A DNA stretch of 64,000 nt, from NCBI GenBank assembly GCA_963706575.1, contig CAVPNL010000008.1:1-64000 (forward strand), read 5' to 3'. Made by a program: the position numbers and the translations under genes. Positions 50,201 to 60,761 of the stretch are shown piece after piece. Every line of letters begins with the position of its first letter. Positions within the stretch are counted from its first letter, which is position 1. The notes below the pieces were generated by a model, which saw nothing but the letters and a program-made list of their open reading frames with translations, was not told the origin of the DNA and made no database searches. The DNA is from an uncultured delta proteobacterium. GTDB taxonomy: Bacteria > Desulfobacterota > Desulfobacteria > Desulfobacterales > JAHEIW01.

Positions 50201-53200
50201 CAGGATTTATCGTCTTCATTTACCGATGACATCGATGCCGAGACCCGTCCCACCGGTGTCGGCACCTGGGACATCGGGGCTGATGAAAATTTAGGTGCCG
50301 GTAATTCAGCACCCACAGCACCAACCACACCCTATGCTAATGACGATTCGGCGCAGAGCGGACAGACCAATCCGAGCGGGATCATTGATGCCACCCCGGC
50401 CTTTAGCGCAATATACAACGACCCTGATTCAGGGGATATCGCCAACAAATACCGCGTGGAAGTGAACACCCAGAGCGATTTTGGCGGAACAGTAATGTGG
50501 AATTCCGGCTCTTCGGGTACGAGTATGTCTGACATCACAGAAGGAAACCGCTGCCCGGATATCACCTATGCTGGCACAGTCTTGGCCAACAGCACCACCT
50601 ACTACTGGCGCATTACATTCTGGGACGACGGCGGCACCGAAGGAACGGCAAGCGCCACACAGAATTTTACGACGGGCACCCTTACCTTGCCTTTTGCAGA
50701 TGGTTTCGAAAGTGGTGATCTGAGTGCATGGAGTGGCAATAACACCGAGCCGGGCGATACGATCGCAGCATCTACCGAACAGGTCAATTCAGGAACCTAC
50801 TCTGCCAAGTCTGTTGTTGATAACGATGGGGCTGCCAATCAGGCAATGGTTTGGAGAAATTTTGCCGGTGAAACTGTGGTTTATGCCAGAATACACATCT
50901 ACGTGCCTTCCAGTTTCTCGACCACCGACAATGTCACTGTAATGCAATTCCTCAATAACTGGTCCAATATCATCGCAACGACCATTGATGATGACATGAC
51001 CCTTTATATGTGGAATGCTGTGGCAGGCGAAGCTTACGGATTTGGCATCGGTTCAACCCTGTCAAAAGATGAGTGGCATTGCCTGGAGATGATGGCGATT
51101 ATTTCTCCGACGATCGGTGAGGCGCGGCTCTGGCTGGATGGTAGCTTAGAAATTGAGGCCACCGGTAAAAATCTGGGATCAAACGATATTGATAAATTTG
51201 CGGCGGGCTATTACTGGGCCATTCCGTATGATGAGAGTAACACTTTATACATCGATGATGCTGTTGTTGATACCTCAGCAAACGGTTGTGTAGTCGATGA
51301 ACTCTATCGCTCGGTGGGCACCACTGCTACCGATCTAAATACCGGCTCACATACGGTCGAGATCTCGGGCTCCACAGCGACTTTTTCCGGTTCCATGCCG
51401 GACAATATCGGGGTGGGTGATGTGTTGGCGTACAATAACGGCAGCGCCCAGCTGGCATTTATTCACGGCCGCAGTTCTGCTACGGCCTTTACGGTCAAAG
51501 ACAAAAACGGCGAAACCCCGGCGGCAGCGTCAGCGGGAACATCGGTCGGAGTTTATCGCGCCTATACCTCGTTGAGCAATTGGGAATCGCAGACTGAAAA
51601 TGCCAACATCACCGAGCCCGCCGAAGACGATGTCAACCCTTCAACGGATCTGGTTACGGCCAATACCATAATGATGGTGGCCTGCTATGGCGATGGCGAA
51701 GACGCGGCTTCAGTTTACATTGATAGCTGGACCACGGATCCGGACAACTATATCAAGATCTACACCCCCACTTCATTGAGCGAGGTTGGCACCAGCCAGC
51801 GGCACAATGGGGCCTGGGATACCTCGGCCTATCGCATATCAATGGACGGGACTTATTTCGCTCCGATAGGAATACGAGAGCGCTACGTCCGTATCGATGG
51901 GCTGCAAATAGATAGTAATCTTGAGTATAATAATGAGTCGAACGGGATTCATGTCAGTGATGATAATGCTGATGCCGCAGTAGAGATTCATATTTCCAAT
52001 TCAATTTTTCGGATGACGAGCGCCCCTCCAACTACCGCGGCATTTGGTATTGGCGCTTTGAATCAGTTTGGTGGAGCTAACAGCCTTTACGTTGCCAAAG
52101 TATGGAATAACATCATCTATGGCTATGCGGTTAGCGGCGGTGGCGGTAACTGTATATACGCTCAAAATAATGGCACCGTTTATGCCTACAACAACACCTG
52201 TGTCGGCGGCAGTGGGGCTGGAAACGGAATAGCGGCATGGGATAATATAGATTTCTATGCCAAGAATAACATCTCTATCGATTTTACGGATCCATACAAA
52301 AATACGTTTCACGCGGACAGTACCAATAACGTCTCCGATACCGGAGATGCACCGGGGAGCAACCCGATCAATGGAGAGCCCACTTTTGCGAATAAAGCCG
52401 GCAATGATTACCACCTGGCCGTCAGTGATACCGTGGCCCGGGGGGCGGGCGCGGACCTCGATGGGGATGCCATTCTTCCCGTCACCGACGACATCGACGG
52501 CAACGGCAGGGATGCCTCTGCCCCTGACATCGGTGCCGATGAGTACCTTGCGGCTTCCACATCCACGCTTTATCGCTCGGTGGGCATCACGGCCACCGAC
52601 CTTAATACCGGATCGCGTACGGTAGAGATCTCCGGTTCCACAGCAACTTTTTCCGGTGACATGCCGACCCATGTCGGGGTGGGTGATGTGCTGGCTTACA
52701 ACAATGGCAGCAGCCGGATCGCTTTTATCCATGGTCGCAGTTCAGCCACTGTTTTTACCGTAAAAGATAAAGACGGCGAAACCCCGGCGGCAGCATCAGC
52801 GGGGACATCGGTGGGTGTCTATCGCGCTTACACCTCATTGAGCAACTGGGAATCGCAGACTGAAAATGCGAACATCACCGAACCCGCCGAAGATGATGTC
52901 AACCCCTCAATTAATCTGGTTGCTGCGAATACCATTATAATGGTGGCCTGCTATAACGACGGGGTGATGGACGACGGCAGCATCAGCATCGATGGGTACA
53001 CCACCGGAGCCGGTAATTACATCCGGATCTTTACCCCGACTGACACCAGTGAGGTGGGCACGAGCCAGCGGAACGACGGCACGGCCGGAACAGGATTCGT
53101 CCTGAAGCCACAGACCTCGTCTCCGGGTCAATATTACTCTGTTATTCGAATCGAGGAAGATTATGTCCGGATCGAGGGGGTCGAGATCGACGGCCTCCTT

Positions 53201-56200
53201 GTGACCAACGCAGAGTATAACAGGGGCATTCTCACCACGAATACCGCAGCGGCCAGCGACATCCGGATTGACAGGTGTCTCATTCACGATCTTACGAGTT
53301 CGAAGGTGGCGGCCACTACGCATGCTGCCATGGGAATAGCGCTCACCAGCGGGTCGGCCCGAATAACCAATACGATTATCTACAATATCCACAATACCAG
53401 CACCGACCCAAATTCTTTCGCGAGGGGAATACGAATCGAAACCGGCAGCACCACAAATTATCTTTACAACAACACCATCTATAATGTCACGAACACGGGA
53501 AGTTCATACAACCAGTATGGTATTTTGGTTGATACCGGCACGGTGATAGCAACGAACAACTACGTGGGCGGCACAAGCGGTTTGGGTACGGTGGCTGATT
53601 TTAATGGCACGATGACGCAGAGCTACAACATCTCCTCTGACGGCACGGCCAGCGGCAGCGGCTCGCTGACAAACCGCACGGCCACCGAAAATTCCGATCC
53701 GGGCGCCGGTGACTGGGTGGTATTTTCGGATCTGAGCACCGGCGGTGAAGATTTTCACCTGCAGTATGTGGCTGAAAACGATGCGCTCAATGCCGGGGCA
53801 GATCTATCCGGTACTTTCAGCGATGACATCGACGGGGAAACGCGCCCGACCGGTGCCAATACCTGGGACATCGGGGCCGATGAAATCAACGAGTCCTGCA
53901 ACGATAAATTTGCCTACCGACGTCTGATTACCATCGATCATAACCAGGTGGGCCTGGATAATAATCCGGGCACCCTTCCAAATTTCCCGGCCCTTGTAAG
54001 TTTATCTGGCAAATGGCTTAACACCACCAGCGCAGATCCTACTAATGGACGAATTGAGCATTACAAAGGCTGGGACGTTGTTTTCAGGGCCTCCGACGAA
54101 GTCACCCATTTGGACCATGAGATCGAATACTATGACGGTTCGGCATCCGGTGGTGATGTTACCAAAAGCGACGGCTGGTACACAGGATTAGGAGCCTATA
54201 CGGTGCCGGCCGGCAGCGATCGGCTGCTGATTTTTGTGACTGGTTTAGAAGATGCCTCTGACAACCAGACCACCATCACCAGTGTGACCTATGGCGGCGT
54301 GAGTATGACCCCGGCTGTTGAGCACTTTTCATACAGCAGCCCGCTGACCGTGCGAACCGGAATCTGGTATTTGAGGGATGCCGACATCCCGGCCGGCAGC
54401 AACAGCTTTGTGGTTACCTACAGTCCTTCTGACCCGGGCCGCAACCGTCACGCTTACGCTCTTTTTACCAACGTCAGTCAAATAAATCCCATTGTTGATT
54501 CGGATTCGGGTGCAGTAACGAGCTCAACAACCATCACGACGGACAATCCCATTGATGTGGTTGCAGGCGGAATGTCGGTTTCGGCTGTAGTCTCCAATAA
54601 CGTTGGAAACTATGACGACAATTCATGGGGAACCGGCTGGACGGAGGGCACCGATCAAGCCTCGGGCTGGCATACGGTGGGTTCGGCCAACAGCGGCGCA
54701 TATGGATCAGACACAACAGACAGCGGCTCTGCCACGTTTAATATAGCCGCCAGACAGGTTATCGTTGCTGCCTGTCTGCGGCCCTCGTCGGATGGGGATT
54801 TGGTGGCCTGGGTGCGCATCCCCAGTCTTGCCAAGGATACCGATAGCCAGATTTACATGTACTACGGCAACAGCTGTGTCGCTAATAACCCGGAAAATTC
54901 GGCAGGTGTCTGGGTTGACTACGCCGGTGTCTGGCACTTAACAGAAGACGGCAATGGAACTGCCGATGAATTCAAAGACAGCGCCCAATACGGCAATCAC
55001 GGGCAAGGCGGTGAGGGTACCGTTGAGTTTGTGCCCAGCCAGGTGACCGGTCAGATTGCCAACGGGCAGGATTTTGATAATTCAGATGGCAAATGGGAGC
55101 TGATTGATTGCGGCAATGATTCGAGCCTGGACATCACCGGAAATCAAATAACGCTGCAGGCCTGGGTGAAGTACGATAGTGCTACTCACAGCCACATGGG
55201 TCCGTTAAACCACAAAGGCTGGAACAATGGCTACCGTCTGCTCATGGGGGAAAATGCCACCACAGTCAATTTCCAGATAACGGGGTCAAGCTATGACCTG
55301 GAGTCCAGCGGAACCCTTTCCACCGGTGCCTGGCATCATCTTGTGGCAACCTATGACGGTTCCAAAATGAAGATTTATATCGATGGTGCCAAGGATGCCA
55401 ATGAGCTCGATAAAACCGACAACATCCTTTCCGTGCCACCGACCGAAAATGAAGTCTGGATCGGGCACGCTGATCAGCCAAAGGACGTGGCGTGGAGTTA
55501 TCCATGGGACGGCCAGATTGACGAAGTCCGTATTTCTGCGACCGCCCAATCTGCGGACTGGATCGCCACCGAATACAACAACCAGAGCTCACCGGTCACG
55601 TTTTTAAGTGCAGGTGCCGAGGGAGCCGGCGGGCCCACCGCCATCAGCCTGGTCGAATTTACGGCCACCGGCGCAGGCAACGCGGTGCAGGTCAACTGGC
55701 AAACCGCCCAGGAGGTGTCCAACGTGGGCTTTAACCTGTACCGGGCAGACAGCCGCACAGGGCAGCTTTGAAAAAATCAACAACAGCCCTGATCCCGGCA
55801 CTGAGCTTTTCAGTCACCGGCAGAAGCTACGGTTTTATCGACACCGACGTGGTGTTGGGCCAGCTTGTACTATTACAAGCTTGAAGACATCGATGTCTAC
55901 GGCAAGCGCACCATGCACGGGCCCATCTGCGTGGACTGGGACGGCGACGGGCTGCCCGATGACTGGGAGATCAGATACGGGCTTAACCCGTGGTTAAATG
56001 ATGCCAATCTCGATTCTGACGGTGACGGGCTGACCAACCTGCAGGAATATGAGCTGGGCACCGACCCGTTTAACCCCGATACCGACGGAGATGGGATTCC
56101 AGATGGCCAGGAAGCCAGGAAGCGAGAAAGCCAGGAAGCTGAAGGCACGCATCAGCTTAGCCGCGGGGTGGAGGTTGTCGCTGAAGATGAAAATGGCATT

Positions 56201-59200
56201 ACCTTAGCGCTTTACACCGACACATTTTTTACCGAGAGCGTTTATGCCGACGGTATGGAATACGAACGGCTAAAGATCGATGATTACGTGCACGGTTTTA
56301 GCAGCGAGGTGGGCAAACCAGAGCTTCCGCTAAAAGGCATCCTGGTTAATATCCCCGAAGGGCAGATAGGCGAGCTGTCCATTTTACAAACCGTTGTTGA
56401 GACCCATAGCGGTTATCAGATCTTTCCGGTACCGGCAAACAGCGTTGATGATCAGGGTGTGGCAGCGGCTGTGGCAGAGAGCTTTGTAAAAGACGAAGCC
56501 GCCTATCAACAAGATGCCTTTTACCCGCAAGCAGTCGCGCAGTTAGGTGATCTGTTTGTCTTCCGTGATCAAAACAAACAGCAGCTGCTGTTTTACCCGT
56601 TTGCCTTTAACGCGGTAACCGGCGAACTTAACCATTACAAACGCATTCAGGTGCGTATTGACTATGTCAATGATCTGTATGCCAAAGTTGAAGATCACAG
56701 CGTTAGCCCCTGGTCGGTACCGCTGCCCGCACCATCTTCAGGCGATCTGTCAGAGACACTGGCCTCGATGGGCTCTTATGCCATGGCCTTTGGGGCATCG
56801 CCTTTGATCGTAAACCCGCTCTCCCCGGCGCTTACCTCTGTGGGTGTGATCATGGGCGCGGTGTGGTCACCGCCAGCTGATGGGGCTGCCGGCGCCTATA
56901 AGATCATGGTCTCAGAAGATGGCCTCTACCGGCTTGACAGCGCCTTTTTTAGCCAACAACGGCATTAATCCCGCCGACATCGATTTAGATACCGTGCGCC
57001 TCTATCATATGGGTGAAGAAGTCGCTGTTTTGGTCAACGATGCCGACACCCCCGGTGCCTTTGACGCCAACGATTATATCGAGTTTTACGGCCAGCCGGT
57101 AGCGGATCAATATGCCAAATACGCGGCCCAAAACATCTACTGGCTGGTGACCGCTGGCGGCATCGGAACCCCCAAACGCATGGTGGCAGTCGATGGCACC
57201 CCGGCGGCCGGGCCTTTGGCCACCGAGCACAGCGCTTCTGGTGCGCTTAGAAGACGATGAATACTATGTGGGGCTGGCCCCGGGGGCAAACGAACGCGAC
57301 CGCTGGTTTTTTGATGACTTTGTGCTGGGCACTGACTTTACCGGCGGAGCCGGATCCGGTTGAGGTGCCCTTTGACCTCACCTTGCCGGGGGTTATCGGT
57401 CAGGGCAATCTTACCATCTCCTTGTGGGGCTATTATGACACCGGCCATGAAGTGGAGGTGTGGGTAAATGATGTGTCCCAGGGCACTTTTAGCTGGTCCG
57501 GCATTGCCTTTTATGAGGTGAACCTGAGCGGGCTTAATTTAACCGAAAACACCACCGTAAAACTTGCCTGCCACACCGCTATGGACGGGCTCGATTGTTG
57601 ATTATATCGAGGCCACTTACCCGCAAAGCTTTGCCGCGGTCACTGACAGCCTTCACCTTTAGCCACGACAGCGGCTACCGCTATATCATCGATGATTTTA
57701 GCACCGATGCCCTGCGTGTTTTTGACATCACCGAACCAGTTGATGTGGCACAGGTCACCGACCTACAAATTAACGGCACAGGTCCGTTTAGCCTTGAGTT
57801 TGAACCGCCGCCAAGCGGGCTGACCGACACCTTTCTTATCATCGGCACCGATGATTATAAGATCCCTGATGCGATTGTTGAAGATACGCCCTCTGATCTG
57901 GCCGACACCGCCAACAGCGCCGATTATATCTTAATTACCCACCAAGACATCGGCTGGGACGGTGGCGGTGCTCCAATATGGCTGGTTAACCGATCTGGTT
58001 GCCCTGCGTGAAGATGGTGATCTTAGAAGTCAAGGTGGTTAATGTCACCGACATCTACGATGAGTTTAGTTACGGGATACCCACCCCGGTGGCGATCCGT
58101 GATTTTCTGTCCTATGCCTACAGCAACTGGCGTACGCCCGCACCGCAGTATGTGCTTTTGGTGGGCGATAGCACCTATGATTTTAAGGACAACTACAACC
58201 GGGGCACCGTAAACCATGTGCCCGCATATACGGTGTTTACCGATTATATGGGGGAGACGGTCACAGACGAATACTTTGTCACCATCAGCGGCGATGATGC
58301 GCATGGTTGACATGTACATCGGGCGGCTTCCGGCCCAAAGCGCAGCTGAAGCGCACGGCGATGGCTAAATAAGATTATCGCCTATGAGACCGGGCTTAAC
58401 ACCGGCAGCTGGGAGAAAAACGTGGTACTGGTCGCCGATGATCAAACCGAGGCCTATGAGGCGGTCTTTGAGACCATCAATGAGGATGCCGCAGCGCTTC
58501 TGCCCTCAAAGATGGTGGCGCTTAAAGGGCTATTTAAACGATTATCTGCTGTCTGGTGATTTAAGCACTGACATCACCAACTGGATCAATGACGGGGCGC
58601 TAATTGTCAATTACAGCGGTCATGCCTCACTGCAGCAGTGGGCCGCCGAGGCGGTGTTTGTAAATGCCGATGTAAACACCCTGACCAACACAGGCAAATA
58701 TCCGTTTTTTATCTCCATGAGCTGTTTGACCGGCTACTTCGGGTACCTGGATGCAGCCCTGGGCCCGCAGCCTTCATTGGCCGAAGCACTTGTTGCAGGC
58801 CGCCGACAAAGGGGCCGTAGCTGCGCTAATGCCCACGGGCATGACCACCACAGCAGGCCAGCACATATTCAACAACGCGGTCTTTGAGGCCATTTTTGTA
58901 AACGATATCAGACAATTGGGCCCTGCGATCGCCGCTGCCAAACAAACCCTTTTAGCTAACGGCGATGCCTATTTTGAACAGATATCGCAAACCTTTTTGC
59001 TCTTTGGCGACCCGGCTCAAACTTTAAAGATCCCGCTGCCCAGGATGCCCAGCGGGGTAAAGGCCTATTGGGAAAACAACTCCGTGCGCATTCACTGGAA
59101 TGCGGCCTTAGATAGCAACGGCAACGCGGTGGCGGGCTACAACATCTACCGCGCCAGTGCCCCGGCAGGCCCTTACAGCAGGGTCAACACCGAGCTTGTC

Positions 59201-59497
59201 AGCGGCACCGAGTTTGTCGACACTGACGGCACAGTGGGAATTAATGAGGGCGGTGGAGCCGGCGGCAGTTATTACGGGGTCACTGCGGTTGACAGCTTCG
59301 GGGATGAAAGTGCCCAGTCTTTAGGCATCAGCCCGGCTTCAGTCGCCTCATCGGCCGAAGCCGCGGTGGCGGCCTGTTTTGTCGGTGCTGTCAATGGGTC
59401 AATACCCGCGGGGCTGTTCTGGATTTTGGCGGTCTTTGCCATCGCGGTGGTCGTTGCCCATTGGCGCTCCCGCAATATGCGGGATTTCACTTCTTGA
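38223..59497 (+). CDS. Giant secreted modular surface protein B (~7,100 aa, reconstructed across frameshifts) with C-terminal C25 peptidase
   Basis: Signal peptide (..SPANA|A); four RWRND..EDT carrier domains with inserts; two Gly-rich domains; two DNRLRE-like domains; DUF2341/LamG modules; LYRSVG/beta-helix modules; same terminal cassette as gene A. Confidence 0.8.
55630..59497 (+). repeat. C-terminal C25 cassette of gene B; near-identical direct repeat of 33680-37556
   Basis: Long identical DNA runs versus gene A; His codon 58621 (NYSGH), Cys codon 58723 (SMSC); ends AACFVGAV + TM + RSR. Confidence 0.9.
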
Positions 59498-59549
59498 TTA
59501 GATATATTCAGGTGTTCAAACGGCCTACGGCACAAGGAGTACGGCAAAA

Positions 59550-59756
59550 GTAGGGCGACCCTCCGCGGTCGCCAATCGATGGCGGCGAGGGGCCCGCCCT
59601 ACATTTGACTCCGTTGCCCCTTTGCATGCCGGCAGTGAGTGATTCGTGGCTGGAAGCCACTCCCACCATATTTAAGTTGATGCGATAACCCTCTAATCTA
59701 TTTCCACAAAATGTGTGATCTTTCCAAAAAATGTGGGATGCGGCATCTTGCCGGCG
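59550..59756. repeat. REP-like cluster (inverted GTAG-type pair plus GTGGGA-type copies)
   Basis: gtagggcgaccctccgcggtcgcc (59550) facing ggcgaggggcccgccctac (ends 59602); tcgtggctggaagccactcccac (~59644); gtgggatgcggcatcttgccggcga (~59733). Confidence 0.7.
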
Positions 59757-60059
59757 ATACAAAATAGGGCGGCCCTGCGTAGCCGCGGCGAAGTCAGCGC
59801 CTTTTGCGTGACGCAGACGGGCGTACCGCTTATTATCTTCTTCTTAACGCTTGGCGAATCGTACCTGCTTTTCTGTGACAACAACGAATTTAAAATATCT
59901 TTATAAACTTTTTCGGCTGTAATCATGGCTAAACACCTTCCTTGATAACTTATTCTATCATTTTGTCAATCAATTTTCAGCGGAGTGGGCGGCCGAAATG
60001 GGCGGCAAAGATAAGCTCTAAAAAACTCTGATTTTAGGGCTGAGTGCTGAAGGTAAAGG

Positions 60060-60215
60060 GAGCGGTCCTTGGGACCTCTAAGAGCGCTGCGCTTCAAGAG
60101 CACTACGTTTTAGGAGCGGCTCTTTGAGCCTTGAATCAGAAACCCAGAACCTGTCGGATGCTTTCTGTCATCTGTTTGCTGACACCTGACACCTGAACAC
60201 TGAAACCTGATACTA
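60060..60215. repeat. GAGC-hairpin repeat plus ctgacac-type heptamer tandem repeats
   Basis: gagcggtccttgggacc..gagcgctgcgcttcaagagcactacg..gagcggctctttgagcc; ctgacacctgacacctgaacactgaaacctga. Confidence 0.65.
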
Positions 60216-60407
60216 CTTGAACCAATCAAACCAATAAAACGGTTTTTGAGTAAATCAGATCGAACATCGAAAAACCTTATTTCCCTCCAAAACTTAATTC
60301 TTTCCCTGAAAAATTCTTATAAAAAAATTTAATGAGCTATTAATTTTTTTTAGAGCTGAAAGCTTTCTTTCCTTTGCGAATAAAGTCATTCATACCGCTG
60401 TTTTTAC

Positions 60408-60650
60408 TCAAGATTTCATCATAATTGCCGATAATTAATTCAGGTAGGCCTGTGTTCTGAGCGTACGGGAAATGCAGATATGATGCAATATCCTGAAAAA
60501 ATTGAATAAAAATCCAAATCCTTGATGCCGAATATTTTTATTTTGGATGGCAAATTTTGCCTCAAATGGGATGATAAGGAACTCGTAAGTATTTGAAAAA
60601 AAAACAAAAAAAATATTTATTGTCTTGGATGCATTGGTATATTTTTTGCA
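60408..60650 (+). promoter_or_regulatory. Promoter block of giant gene C
   Basis: TCAA-N15-GCCGATAA (60408-60434); ggcaaattttgcc (60549-60561); TGGTAT-ATTTT-TTGCA (60635-60650). Confidence 0.78.
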
Positions 60651-60761
60651 GATAATGATTGAAATCAATAAATTTTTTAAAAACCATCGTCATAAAAAAT
60701 CTGACGATCAAAAACACATATGACCCAGAAACTCTCAAATGGAAATGTGTTGCTGCTGCCA

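Noticed and set aside
33680..59497. Diversity-generating retroelement TR/VR pair
   Set aside because: The repeats are kb-long and coding, differences are not adenine-specific, and no reverse transcriptase is present.
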